A DNA stretch of 63,875 nucleotides, filler included, from 5 parts of 5 records of this genome joined end to end with filler, not necessarily neighbours in it; one strand, 5' to 3'; counted from the first letter of the whole stretch, positions 28,081 through 39,003 are shown. Notes: generated by a model from the letters alone, not told the origin. Numbers and translations are program-made.

Positions 28081-29358
28081 ATGACTACCGCAACCTATTA
28101 CCATGCATTCACATCCGAGCACGAGCAGCGTCAGCAGCTGACCGGCGAAATCGACGCAGATATTTGCATCATCGGCGGCGGCCTGACCGGTGTCTCGGCA
28201 GCCCTGCATCTGGCGGAGCGCGGATACGATACGGTTCTGCTCGAAGCCGGACGGATCGGCGACGGTGCCTCGGGCCGCAATGGCGGTCAGATCTGCCTGG
28301 GCTACAGCAGCGGCATGGAAGCGTTTGAACGCGCCGCCGGACTAGAAGCGGCTCAACGGTTCTGGGCCATGGCCAACGAAGCCATCGAGGACATCCAGAC
28401 CCGTATTGCCCGCCACGCCATCAAGGCGGATTACCGGCGCGGCTACATCCACGCCGCCCTCAACCGCAGGCAGGAGCGCGGGCTGGAGGAGATGGCCGAG
28501 TCCTGGTCGAAAACCTATGGCTTCACCGACCTCAAAATGCTGAATCGCGCCGAGACGGAAGCAGCAACCGGCTCGCAGCTATATACAGCGTCGCTGCTGG
28601 AGCATGGCAGCGGACATATGAACCCGCTCGGTTATCTCTACGGTCTGGCACAAGCCGCCCAGGATGCCGGCGCCAAAATCTTCGAGGAAAGCCGGGCCAT
28701 CTCCATCCGGAAGGGTTCGGCGGTCATGATCGAAACCGCGACCGGCCGCCTCAAGGCACGGATGCTGGTCCTGGCCGGTAATGCATATCTCGACGAACTC
28801 GTGCCGGAAATCCGTTACCGCGTCGCCCCCGTGCTCAGCGCCGTTGCCGCCACGGCCCCGCTGAGTGCTGATCAGGTCTCCCGCATTCTGCCCGGAGAAG
28901 AGGCCGTCGCGGACTCGAACACCGCCCTCAACTATTTCCGCAGGACCGTGGACAACCGCCTGCTGTTCGGCGGCCTCGCCAGTTATTCCGGCCGGCCGAT
29001 CACGAATGCGGCGGACGCCCTGCGGCGGCGGATGGCCAAGGTCTATCCGGAACTGAGCGATGTTGCGATCGACTATGCCTGGTCCGGGAAAATCGCCATC
29101 ACCACCAGCCGGATGCCTGATTTCGGGCGGATCGGCAGCAATATCTATTATGCGCAGGGTTTCTCCGGACACGGGCTCGCCCTGACCGGCTTTGCCGGCA
29201 AGATCATAGCCGAAGCCGTGGCCGGGGACGCCGAGCGGCTCGACATGTTCGCCCGCCTGCCCAACCTGCGTTTTCCCGGCGGCCCCGCCCGCACGGCCGT
29301 TCTTGCCCTTGGCATGGCCTGGTTCAAGATGCGGGACCTGCTCGGGCTTTCGAAATAA
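28081..29358 (+). CDS. FAD-dependent oxidoreductase, gamma-glutamylputrescine oxidase (PuuB/OrdL) family
   Basis: IIGGGLTG, GASGRNGGQ, AQGFSGHG; divergent from the GS-like ligase. Confidence 0.85.
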   Translation: MTTATYYHAFTSEHEQRQQLTGEIDADICIIGGGLTGVSAALHLAERGYDTVLLEAGRIGDGASGRNGGQICLGYSSGMEAFERAAGLEAAQRFWAMANEAIEDIQTRIARHAIKADYRRGYIHAALNRRQERGLEEMAESWSKTYGFTDLKMLNRAETEAATGSQLYTASLLEHGSGHMNPLGYLYGLAQAAQDAGAKIFEESRAISIRKGSAVMIETATGRLKARMLVLAGNAYLDELVPEIRYRVAPVLSAVAATAPLSADQVSRILPGEEAVADSNTALNYFRRTVDNRLLFGGLASYSGRPITNAADALRRRMAKVYPELSDVAIDYAWSGKIAITTSRMPDFGRIGSNIYYAQGFSGHGLALTGFAGKIIAEAVAGDAERLDMFARLPNLRFPGGPARTAVLALGMAWFKMRDLLGLSK

Positions 29359-29377
29359 ACAGTCGGGAACGGCCGGA

Positions 29378-30208
29378 TCAGCGCAACAGCTCCAGCAATA
29401 CATTCGGACGCTGGTTGGCGATATTCACCACCTGGATTGAAAGCTCGTTACGCACCTTCAAAGCGTTGAACCGTGCTGAATCCCGTGCCAGATCCGCATC
29501 GACAATATTGCCCAGACCCTCGGCTGTCGCATCGGTCAGGCTTTCATTGAAGCTGATCTGTTGCTCCAGAAAGCGCGTCGACGCCCCCAGTTCGGCCAAG
29601 GCATCGCTGACAGTGCCCATGGCCTCGACAACATATGTCTCCGCCGCCGTCGCGTTCGCCACATTGTCCAGATTGGCGTCCGGCAGGCCGAGTTGAAGAT
29701 TGATGGCCTGAATTTCGTAATTGTCGATGGTGTAGCTGTCGCCCTGCAGATTGATCAGCACATTCACCGATGATGATCCGTCTTGCAGGATGTTGCGCCC
29801 GTTGAAGGAGGCCTGGTTGACGACCATGTCGTCAAGCTGGTCCCGCATGCCGATAAAGTCCGCCGCAACGATGATGCGCTGCTGGTCCGTCAACCCTTCG
29901 TTCCGCCCCTCGACGGCTTTTGCCCGCATATCCTTGAGTGTATTGGAAACCGCCGTCGCCGCCGCCATGGAGACTTTGGTCAGACCGATTACCGCGTGCA
30001 GCCCCTGATTGACGGCATCGAAGGCGGCAAGTTCGCTGCGCAGCCCCTGCGCGATCGCGTAATTCGAGGCACTGTCCGTTGCGCCGGATATACGAAGTCC
30101 GGTCGACAGATGCTTCTGAATTGCGTCGCTCTCGGTGTTGATTGATTTCAAGGTCCGGAGCGCAAGCACGGCGCTCGTATGGGTCAGGACCGAGTTCTGA
30201 ACAGTCAT
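29378..30208 (-). CDS. flagellin, short alphaproteobacterial type
   Basis: LSTGLRISGATDSASNYAIAQ, ASFNGRNIL, GLGNIVDADLARDSAR...IANQRPNVLLELLR. Confidence 0.88.
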   Translation of the reverse strand: MTVQNSVLTHTSAVLALRTLKSINTESDAIQKHLSTGLRISGATDSASNYAIAQGLRSELAAFDAVNQGLHAVIGLTKVSMAAATAVSNTLKDMRAKAVEGRNEGLTDQQRIIVAADFIGMRDQLDDMVVNQASFNGRNILQDGSSSVNVLINLQGDSYTIDNYEIQAINLQLGLPDANLDNVANATAAETYVVEAMGTVSDALAELGASTRFLEQQISFNESLTDATAEGLGNIVDADLARDSARFNALKVRNELSIQVVNIANQRPNVLLELLR

Positions 30209-30415
30209 ATCCCCCATCCGTTCTGGATGTTCGTCACACCTCTCCTTCTGAGAGATTGTTAATCTTAACAGACCGAAACTGCTTGTTGAATTTCATAATT
30301 CTCGGGAAATTTCCAAACAGATATTATTAAAATACAAATTAAATACATTATCCCCACTCCAGTAGAGCGGGAGAGCGCCGGGCACGCCGCTCCCGCCCAC
30401 TGCAGCCATCCGGCC

Positions 30416-31534
30416 TCAGAGACCGAGAGCTTCCTGAGGCACCCTGAAATCCAGCCCGTGCGCATCCGCGACCGCCTTATAGGTAACGTCGCCGCAATGG
30501 ACGTTCAGCCCTTCCATCAGGTGCCGGTCCTCGGCCAAAGCGCGCCGATAGCCTTTGTCCGCCAGTGCGAGCACAAAGGGCAATGTCGCGTTGTTCAACG
30601 CAAAGGTGGAGGTTCGCGCCACACCGCCCGGCATATTGGCGACGCAATAATGCACCACGTCATGGACCATATAGGTCGGCTCACGATGCGTGGTCGCCCG
30701 GGATGTCGCGAAGCAGCCGCCCTGATCGATGGCGACATCGACCAGCACAGAGCCGCGCCGCATCTTCTCAACCAGCGCGTCCGTCACCAGTTTCGGCGCA
30801 GCAGCCCCCGGCACCAGCACGGCACCGACCACGAGATCCGCCGCCATCACATGCTCTTCGATCGCATCCACCGTGGAATAGATCGTGTTCAGCATCGGCC
30901 CGAACTGAAGATCCAGCTCATAAAGCCGCTCCAAACTCCGGTCGATCACGGTGACCTTGGCTTCCAGCCCCATCGCCATGCGCGCCGCATTGGTCCCGAC
31001 CACGCCACCGCCGATGACAACGACATTGCCCGCGGGCACACCCGGCACACCGCCAAGCAGCGTCCCGCTTCCGCCCTGGGTTTTCTCCAGGCAGTGTGCT
31101 CCGGCCTGTATTGCCATACGCCCAGCCACCTCGCTCATCGGCGCCAGCAACGGCAGGCCGCCTCGGGCATTCGTGACGGTCTCATAGGCGATGGCTATCG
31201 CGCCACTGTCGATCAGGCCCTTTGTCTGGGCCAGATCGGGGGCCAGATGCAGATAGGTGAAAAGGATCTGTCCCTCGCGCAGCATCTTGCATTCGGCCGC
31301 TTGCGGCTCCTTCACCTTGACCACCATATCCGCCTTGGCGAATACCTCTGCGGCATCCGCCGCAATATCGGCGCCGGCGGCAACATACTGGTCGTCATCG
31401 AGACCGATGCCGTAACCGGCATGGGTCTCGACAAGAACCTGATGGCCGTGATGGACAAGCTCCCGAACGCTGGACGGGATCAGACCGACCCGGTTTTCAT
31501 CCGCCTTTATTTCCTTCGGCACGCCGATCAGCAT
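30416..31534 (-). CDS. ald: alanine dehydrogenase
   Basis: [50 protein letters not shown]. Confidence 0.96.
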   Translation of the reverse strand: MLIGVPKEIKADENRVGLIPSSVRELVHHGHQVLVETHAGYGIGLDDDQYVAAGADIAADAAEVFAKADMVVKVKEPQAAECKMLREGQILFTYLHLAPDLAQTKGLIDSGAIAIAYETVTNARGGLPLLAPMSEVAGRMAIQAGAHCLEKTQGGSGTLLGGVPGVPAGNVVVIGGGVVGTNAARMAMGLEAKVTVIDRSLERLYELDLQFGPMLNTIYSTVDAIEEHVMAADLVVGAVLVPGAAAPKLVTDALVEKMRRGSVLVDVAIDQGGCFATSRATTHREPTYMVHDVVHYCVANMPGGVARTSTFALNNATLPFVLALADKGYRRALAEDRHLMEGLNVHCGDVTYKAVADAHGLDFRVPQEALGL

Positions 31535-31764
31535 GGTGTCCTCCCTGCTTGGGTTCGAATTTCAACGCCCTTGCCAAGTCGTGCATCACGCGGCTGGCAC
31601 GGGATCACCGTACCGTGACAGCAAATCATCCCCTGCCACAATACGGTCACGATCGATCACGAGAATTTCTTTTGTCAGCGTGACGAGCGGCTCCTAGGCT
31701 GTTCACATCAAGGTGCCTCTGCCCGTCTCAATCGGGAAAGCAGAGTGACACGGGGGAGAGGGTC

Positions 31765-31872
31765 ATGGCCATGAAAGCCGAAAATCTGAAACGCTCTTGC
31801 GTCGTTCTTGGCGCGATTGTTTTCAATGTTCTGGTCTGGCTGACCGCCGCCCTGCCGCATCTGGTGGTTTAA
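31765..31872 (+). CDS. unannotated 35-aa single-TM small protein
   Basis: MAMKAENLKRSCVVLGAIVFNVLVWLTAALPHLVV*, preceded by strong RBS GGGGGAGAGG; below the ORF-track length cut-off. Confidence 0.55.
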   Translation: MAMKAENLKRSCVVLGAIVFNVLVWLTAALPHLVV

Positions 31873-32008
31873 GCACGGCAGAGTGCGATCAAGCAGCTGG
31901 CCTGTTCGTATCTGAACAGTAGCTGTTTACCAAAAATTCTTACGGACACTGGAAGCGGTGCCCGAACGGAACTAGGATTCCGGCAGTTTCAATGCCGGAG
32001 AATTTCTT

Positions 32009-33175
32009 ATGTACCGCCATATCATCGTGGGCCGTGGCCTGATCGGCTCCGCCGCAGCACGCCATCTCTCCTCCTGGCAGGATGGAGTGGCCGTTATCGG
32101 CCCCGATGAGCCATCGGACCGGCAGCAACATGAAGGCGTCTTCGCCAGTCATTACGACGAAGGACGCATAACCCGTGTCTACGATCCTTCTCCGGAATGG
32201 TCGATCACCGCAGCACGCTCCATCGAACGCTACTCCGAAATAGAATCCGAAAGCGGTATCAGCTTCTTCACCCCCGCGGGCTTCCTCAAGATCGTTGGCG
32301 AAGAAGACCCGGACATCAAACCCACCGTCGCCCTGACACGGGAAAATGGCGGTAATGCCACGACCATTTCGGCCCGCATCATGCGCGAGCTTTATCCCTT
32401 TCTTTCCTTGCCGGACAATTGCGCCGGTATTCAGGAAACCGAAACCGCCGGCTATCTAAGCCCGCGCAATCTGGTGAAGGCGCAAACCGCCATCGCCGAG
32501 AAACAGGGCGTCCATATCGTGCGGGCGGCAGCGACATCTATTTCAGTGAATAGTACGTCCGTTTCCGTAACAACCGATGACGGACAGACTCTGGAGGCAG
32601 AACGGGTTCTGGTCGCGACCGGCGGTTATACAGGCGCCTGCAAGCTGCTGCCACGGCAACTCGCTATCACCGTTTACGGCAGAACCGTCCTGCTCATTAA
32701 GATAACGGACATGGCAGCGGAAGTTCTTTCCCGCATGCCAACCGTCATCGACAGATATTCCGGCTCCTATATTCTGCCGCCAATCCGGTACCCGGACGGA
32801 AATCTCTATCTCAAGCTCGGTATGGGTACCGAAGCCGATCCAAAGCTGACAACCCGTGAGGATTTGACGAGTTGGTTTCGTTCAACAGGCTCCGAGCGCA
32901 ACAGGCTCGAACTTACCGAAGCCGTCGAGCGCCTAATCCCGGTACTCAAGGAATGCCCCGAGCGCCATACCGATACCTGCGTGACCACCTATAGCCCGTC
33001 GGGCCTGCCCTATATCGACTATGTCGCGGGCGATCGCCTTGCCGTCGCGACATGCGGCAACGGCATGGGAGCGAAAGGCTCGGACGATTGGGGCTATGCC
33101 GCCGCCCGGCTGCTTGAAGGCGGGGACTGGGATCACCCGGTCCCGCGCTTCAAGCTGAAAGCCGCGTTTGCCTGA
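32009..33175 (+). CDS. FAD-dependent oxidoreductase, sarcosine-oxidase/DAO-like
   Basis: IVGRGLIGSAAA, SHYDEGRITR, GNGMGAKGSD. Confidence 0.85.
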   Translation: MYRHIIVGRGLIGSAAARHLSSWQDGVAVIGPDEPSDRQQHEGVFASHYDEGRITRVYDPSPEWSITAARSIERYSEIESESGISFFTPAGFLKIVGEEDPDIKPTVALTRENGGNATTISARIMRELYPFLSLPDNCAGIQETETAGYLSPRNLVKAQTAIAEKQGVHIVRAAATSISVNSTSVSVTTDDGQTLEAERVLVATGGYTGACKLLPRQLAITVYGRTVLLIKITDMAAEVLSRMPTVIDRYSGSYILPPIRYPDGNLYLKLGMGTEADPKLTTREDLTSWFRSTGSERNRLELTEAVERLIPVLKECPERHTDTCVTTYSPSGLPYIDYVAGDRLAVATCGNGMGAKGSDDWGYAAARLLEGGDWDHPVPRFKLKAAFA

Positions 33176-33184
33176 GACTGACGC

Positions 33185-35429
33185 TCAGACCGCCATCGGT
33201 ATGCCCCGCGCCTTGTCGACACAGGCCGCCGCCACCGCGTCCATGATCGATTCAGCATCGAGGCCGTAGGTCTGGTAGAGGTCCGGCAGATCACCGGATT
33301 GACCAAAGCCGGTGACACCAAGCGGGAACAGACGGCGGCCGAGGGCGCTGCCGATCCAGCTCAGGTTCGCCGGATGGCCGTCCTGCACCGTGATGATCCG
33401 GGTTTCCGGTCCGAGATCGCCCATCAGTTTCTCAAGGTGAGAGACCGGCGTGTTCGGCCGCCGGACACGCGCCTGCCAACCGGAATAAAGCCGATCCGCA
33501 CTGGTAACCGCCAGCACACCGACGCCCGGCAATTCTTCCTCCAGCATCTCGCGCGCCAGCAGCACTTCAGGCACCACTGCCCCGGTATAGACGATCACGG
33601 CCGGGGCCTGCGGGTCAGGCTCACGCAGCCAGTATCCGCCGGAGACGATATCGTGCCTGAGCTCGGCGGTCATCTCCCGCTCCGGCTGCTCCTGCGGGCG
33701 TGTGGAAAGCCGGAGGTAAACCGCTCCACCGTCATCCGCCTGCATGTAGTTGAAGCCCCAGGCCATGATCTCCGCCACCTCATCCGCATAGGCCGGCTCG
33801 AAGCTGAGCAAGCCCGGCTGCCCCATGCCGATCAGCGGCGTCGAGACGGACTGGTGCGCGCCGCCTTCCGGAGCAAGCGAGATCCCGGACGGTGTTGCCA
33901 CCACCATGAACCGAGCGCCCTGGTAGCAGGCGTAATTCAGGGAATCGAGCCCGCGGGCGATGAACGGGTCATAGAGTGTGCCGACCGGCAAAAGCCGCGT
34001 TCCGAACAGCGGCCCGGAAAGGCCGAGCGAGGCCAGCATCAGGAAGAGGTTGCTCTCCGCGATACCGAGCTCGAAATGCTGCCCGCCACCATGTCGCAGC
34101 CATTTTTGCGCCGAAGCCACCTTCTCGTCCCGGAACACATCGTTCCGCATGTCGAGGCTGAAGATACCGCGCTGATTCACCCAGGGACCAAGATTGGTCG
34201 AAACCGTCACGTCCGGCGAGGTGGTAACGATGCGGGAGGCGAGCGCCGAATTGCCACGCGCCAGCTCGTTCAGCACGGCGCCGAAAGCCTGCTGCGTCGA
34301 CGTCTTCGCCGCGCGCTTCGGGACTATGCTCTCCGGCAGCTCCACTTTCGCTGCGTGATGCACCCGCGATCCGCCCCGATTGAAGGAAACACCCGCGAGA
34401 TAATCCCGGACCTCTTCCGCCGGCATGTCGAGATTGGCGAACGGGTCCCACTCATCCCCTTCCGGCACGCCCATATGGGTGCGGAAGAACTCCATCTGGT
34501 CCGGCGTCATCAAACCCGCATGGTTGTCCTTGTGCCCGGCCAGCGGTGTATTGAAACCCTTCACCGTGTAGGCGATGAAACATTGCGGGCTGTCATCCTT
34601 CACGCCATGGAAGGCATCCAGCACCGCCTCCATGTCGTGCCCGGCGAGGTTCGTCATCAGGGCATGCAGGGTCTCGTCATCGTGGTCGTCGAGGATCGAC
34701 TTGATGCCTTTGACCCCGTGCAGGTCGCGCTTCAGGTTATCCCGCCAGGTGCTGTCGCCACCGGCCTGCCCCTTGAAGGTCAGCGCGCTGTAGAGATCGT
34801 TCGGGCATTCGTCGATCCAGTTCCTCAGCGCTTCGCCGCCCGGCTGCTGGAATACCTGCTCCAGCTTCTTGCCGTATTTCAGCATATTGACGTTCCAGTC
34901 GACCGTGCCGAAGAACTGTCGGATCTTCTGGAACAGACCGTCCGAGACCACACCGTCGAGGCTCTGTCTGTTGTAGTCGATCACCCACCAGAGGTTCCGG
35001 ACGTCGTATTTCCAGCCCTCCAGCATGGCCTCGTAGATATTGCCCTCATCCAGCTCCGCATCCCCCATGATGGCGATCATCCGGCCGGCCGGTTGCTGCT
35101 GCAGTCCCTGGTCCTGCACCAGATGATGCAGCCGCACGTAATCCTGCACCATGGAGGCAAACAGAGTCATGGCAACGCCAAGGCCGACGGAGCCGGTGGA
35201 AAAATCCACCTCGTCCCGGTCCTTGGTGCGGGAGGGATAGGACTGTGCGCCGCCGAGCGCCCGAAAGCTCTCCAGCGCAGACTGATCCTGCCGCCCCATC
35301 ATGTACTGGATGGCATGGAAGACCGGGCTGGCATGCGGCTTCACCGCGATCCGGTCCTGCGGCTTGAGAACGTCGAAATAAAGCGCCGTCATCAGCGTCG
35401 CCACGGACGCACAGGAAGCCTGATGCCCG
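33185..35429 (-). CDS. transketolase-like pyruvate/2-oxoacid dehydrogenase E1 (AceE family), 5' truncated
   Basis: GHQASCAS, KPHASP, STGSVGLG, ThDP motif GDAELDEG...N, EGGAHQS. Confidence 0.88.
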
Positions 35430-35529
35430 NNNNNNNNNNNNNNNNNNNNNNNNNNNNNNNNNNNNNNNNNNNNTTAATTAATTAANNNNNNNNNNNNNNN
35501 NNNNNNNNNNNNNNNNNNNNNNNNNNNNN
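35430..35529. other. artificial contig spacer
   Basis: N44-TTAATTAATTAA-N44. Confidence 0.99.
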
Positions 35530-35559
35530 TGTCGCTCTATCCTGCTGAGCTACGGGGCC
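35530..35559 (-). tRNA. 5' fragment of a tRNA, probably tRNA-Arg; anticodon lost at contig edge
   Basis: Reverse complement GGCCCCG-TA-GCTC-AGCAGGATA-GAGC-GACA is an acceptor 5' strand plus D-arm typical of tRNA-Arg; TTGACG upstream at 35600-35605. Confidence 0.8.
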
Positions 35560-35715
35560 CCATAAACAGCGCTTTTCCTGTAACCCCAACCGGCGCGCCC
35601 GTCAACTGTGCTAAGGACATGTTGGCAAAACACGCAGCAAATGGCTAATTTCATTATTCGTCAGGCGCATTACCGAAAATTAAGGTTTCTGCTCTTTGAT
35701 GTCGTATGAAGATCT

Positions 35716-37269
35716 TTGGGGGTCTATCAGGAAATTGCGTTGAGTTTTCGTAGACTTGTTGCACCGGTTTTTGTTGCTGTCGCGGTTAGCATCGCGGCAC
35801 TTGTTGCGCTTGCCATCTTTGCAGCGCGCCAACAGGACGCGGCTGCGCTCGCAGCGGAAAAGCAGGTGATACAGCAGGAAATGCGCACCATCCATGGTGG
35901 GCTTGCGGTACTCGCGGAGGATAACGCCTGGTGGGACGCTGCTGTCGAAAATATTATCTTTGAGGAAAATATCGACTGGATCGACAGCACACTTGGCGAA
36001 TCCGTCATCGGCATCAGCCAGATCCAGGGTGTTTTTATCGTTCGGCGAGACGGCACCATGGCATACGGCAACTTTGTTGCCGCCCTGCCCGCCCCGCACA
36101 CTTTCCTTGATGCAGGTTTTGCGGAGCTCGCAAAAAGCATGGAAATCCCAAAGGAGCATCTACCCAGCAGCGCATCTGGCTTCCTGGAAATAGGTGGGGA
36201 CCTGATTGCCTTTGGCGCCAGCATGGTGCAAGCGGGTGAAGTAAAGTCGCTACCACCCATCCCCGATGAGAAGCGTGCTCTGATCATCTTTGTCTCGCTT
36301 GTAAGCGCAGAAGACATTGAGCGGATAGGGCAAGACAATGCAATAAAAGGGCTTCGGTTCGCGACCACCCCCATTGAGGGCGATAACACCATACCGGTGC
36401 TTTCCTTGGGAGGTGACTCTATTGGTCACTTGTGCTGGCGGCCTTCTGAGCCTGGCAGCGAAATGCTGCGTTACATGGTGCTGCCCGCCAGCATGCTTCT
36501 GGTCATCGTGATTATTGCGCTCGGACGGTTTTTACGCCAAGCCAACCGTGTGCTTGAAGAACTGGCCCGCGCCAACAAGGCCAAATCCGCTTTCCTCGCG
36601 TCCACAAGCCATGAGATCCGCACACCGCTCAATTCCATCATCGGTTTTACCGAGCTGATATCGCTTGAGCTATACGGCAAGGTTGAGGGTGAAAAGAACA
36701 AAGAGTATTTGCAACTGATCCGCCAAAGTGGCGAACACCTGCTTTCTATCATCAATGATATCCTTGATATCTCCAAACTGGAGGCAGACCGCTTTGAGAT
36801 ATATGCCGAAAAGGTGGAGCCCCGCACGGTGATTGCATCCGCCCACAAGCTGGTGTCTGCATCGGCGATGGAACGCGGTGTGAGGGTCACTACAGACTGT
36901 TTGCCGGCCGAAATCCTGTCGGATGAGCGCATCATGCGGCAGGTGCTTATTAACCTCCTGTCCAACGCCATCAAATTCACCGAGCCAGGCGGCAGCGTCA
37001 CGGTCAAGGGCTTGAGCCGGGGCCGCTTTTACGACATTACCATCACTGACACCGGCATAGGTATGAGCGAGGCCCAGATAGAAACAGCGCTATCGCTGTT
37101 TGGTCAGGTCGAAGGAGAGCTCTCCCGTCGGCACTCCGGCACAGGTCTTGGCCTGCCACTTGTCACGCGCTTTATGGAACTGCTGAACGGTCAGTTCGAT
37201 ATCTCATCCAGCCCCGGTGAAGGCACAACCGTCACCGCACGGTTCCCGCTCTATCGTGAGGAAGACTAA
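35716..37269 (+). CDS. sensor histidine kinase with periplasmic CHASE4-like domain (start may be TTG 35740)
   Basis: Two TMs, DNAWWD, H-box SHEIRTPLN, NLLSNAIKFT, DTGIGM, GTGLGL. Confidence 0.9.
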   Translation: MGVYQEIALSFRRLVAPVFVAVAVSIAALVALAIFAARQQDAAALAAEKQVIQQEMRTIHGGLAVLAEDNAWWDAAVENIIFEENIDWIDSTLGESVIGISQIQGVFIVRRDGTMAYGNFVAALPAPHTFLDAGFAELAKSMEIPKEHLPSSASGFLEIGGDLIAFGASMVQAGEVKSLPPIPDEKRALIIFVSLVSAEDIERIGQDNAIKGLRFATTPIEGDNTIPVLSLGGDSIGHLCWRPSEPGSEMLRYMVLPASMLLVIVIIALGRFLRQANRVLEELARANKAKSAFLASTSHEIRTPLNSIIGFTELISLELYGKVEGEKNKEYLQLIRQSGEHLLSIINDILDISKLEADRFEIYAEKVEPRTVIASAHKLVSASAMERGVRVTTDCLPAEILSDERIMRQVLINLLSNAIKFTEPGGSVTVKGLSRGRFYDITITDTGIGMSEAQIETALSLFGQVEGELSRRHSGTGLGLPLVTRFMELLNGQFDISSSPGEGTTVTARFPLYREED

Positions 37270-38000
37270 GCAATCTTGAAAGCTGCCATCTGCTCATAAA
37301 GCGGCATGGCTTGTTCCAGAATACGCTCGAGAGCCGGGGCCAGTTCAGGTGTGTCACCGCTCTCACGCGCCATGAACCCTGTGGATTTCTGCACATTTTC
37401 GTACCACCACGGTGCCCACACACCATCTGTATCGCGTGGCCCCGCAGGCCACTTGAGCATTGCCTTGTCAAACCCTATGCCCAGTGCTTCGCATAACTGG
37501 CCCAGATAGCGTTCAGGGTCACGAAGGATATCGCTACCGTCTATCACCGGTGGCGCATGGCCGAGCCTGTCTGCCTCGCGCTCAAAAATCTCCACCTGCT
37601 TCACAAGGCCAATATCATCAAGTGTGACCTCAGCCCGGCTTTTTACATAGCTTGCAAGCATAGCGCGGGGGTTGCGGATCAGGAACGCGTGCCGCATGGA
37701 CCGCGCCCAGCTCCAATCAAGGCTTCCCACCATATGGTGGCACATATGTTTTTGGTAAAAGACTGTGTAGCCAGCAGGCACCGGGCCGTTCAGCTCATCT
37801 GCCACCTGCTGCCAATCCGTACTCTGCGCCTTGAGAATCAGATCACGACCGGGATGATCTATCCCTGTCTCCTCAAGAAAACAGGCATAAAACGGCTCAT
37901 CCACCACCATGGTATCAGGCCGGTTTTCAAAGGATCGCATCAGGGCCGTGGAGACATTCCTGGGCCCGGACCACATGGCGATACGCACAGTATCACTCAT
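37266..38000 (-). CDS. sulfotransferase-like P-loop protein
   Basis: MWSGPRNVSTALMRSF, DEPFY, QKHM, FLIRNP, WAPWWY; 4-bp overlap with the aminotransferase gene. Confidence 0.8.
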   Translation of the reverse strand: MSDTVRIAMWSGPRNVSTALMRSFENRPDTMVVDEPFYACFLEETGIDHPGRDLILKAQSTDWQQVADELNGPVPAGYTVFYQKHMCHHMVGSLDWSWARSMRHAFLIRNPRAMLASYVKSRAEVTLDDIGLVKQVEIFEREADRLGHAPPVIDGSDILRDPERYLGQLCEALGIGFDKAMLKWPAGPRDTDGVWAPWWYENVQKSTGFMARESGDTPELAPALERILEQAMPLYEQMAAFKIA

Positions 38001-38935
38001 GCGTTGCGCCCTTTGCCTGCCTCATCTTCAATGCGCTTGATATACAGCTTGCGCAGTTTTGCCACCATGTCACCCGGCATTGGTGGTGCTTTCCCGTCAC
38101 CAATGGTGCGGCCGTCCACTTCCCCCACAGGCACAAGGCCGGCAAAGGTCCCGGTAACAAAAGCTTCGTCTGCACCGTAAACGTCTGTCAGGCTGAAATC
38201 TTTCTCATGCACCGGGATGCCCGCCTCTTTTGCGAGGGTGATGACCGTGCCGCGTGTGATGCCGCCAAGGCAGTATTTCCCGCTTGAGGTCCACAGCTCA
38301 CCGTCCCGCACAATGAAAAAGTGCGTGCTGTTGCAGGTGGCGACAAAACCGTGAGGGTCGAGCATCAAAGCCTCGTCGGCACCGGCTTTGGCGGCCTGAA
38401 TACAAGCCGTGATGCAGTTCAGTTTTGAGTGGCTGTTAAGTTTTGGGTCCTGCACATCGGGGAAACCACGCCGCACGTGGGCCGTGAACAATCGGATACC
38501 ACGGTTCAGCGTGTCCTTGAGCGGTGCCTTATATTCAGGGATGATCACAACCGTCGCCGGGCCAACCGTGACCCGAGGGTCCTGATACGGTGTGGCTTTG
38601 ATACCGCGTGTGACCATCAGACGGATATGCACACCGTCATGCATGTTGTTGGCGTCAATCGTGTCATACAGCCGCTTGGTGAGCTCTGCTTTGGTGAGGC
38701 CAATATCCATATCAATCGCCTTGGCACCTTCATAAAGCCGCTTCAGGTGTTGGCCAAGAAACACAAGCGTACCGTGGTGCAGCCGCAGGCCTTCCCACAC
38801 CCCGTCACCGAGGATATAACCACTATCGAAAACGGAAACCTTGGCCTCTTCGCGCGGGAAAAGTTCCCCACTCACATTGATCAAAATATCCTTGTTTCTC
38901 GGGTCGTCGATATAGTCATGGGTGCCGTGCGCCAC
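37997..38935 (-). CDS. aminotransferase class IV (BCAT/D-amino-acid aminotransferase-like)
   Basis: SVFDSG..LGDGVWEG, HLKRL, NSHSKLN, LGGITR, EAFVTGT. Confidence 0.9.
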   Translation of the reverse strand: MAHGTHDYIDDPRNKDILINVSGELFPREEAKVSVFDSGYILGDGVWEGLRLHHGTLVFLGQHLKRLYEGAKAIDMDIGLTKAELTKRLYDTIDANNMHDGVHIRLMVTRGIKATPYQDPRVTVGPATVVIIPEYKAPLKDTLNRGIRLFTAHVRRGFPDVQDPKLNSHSKLNCITACIQAAKAGADEALMLDPHGFVATCNSTHFFIVRDGELWTSSGKYCLGGITRGTVITLAKEAGIPVHEKDFSLTDVYGADEAFVTGTFAGLVPVGEVDGRTIGDGKAPPMPGDMVAKLRKLYIKRIEDEAGKGRNA

Positions 38936-39003
38936 TGAGATTCTCTTTCTTGTCAAAACATAGGTTTGGTGCAACTGTCTGTGCTCAAGCAAGAGGATGA
39001 AAC

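Noticed and set aside
30327-30342. CtrA box upstream of the flagellin
   Set aside because: Spacing is TTAA-N8-TTAA, not the N7 consensus, in an AT-rich tract where such matches arise by chance.
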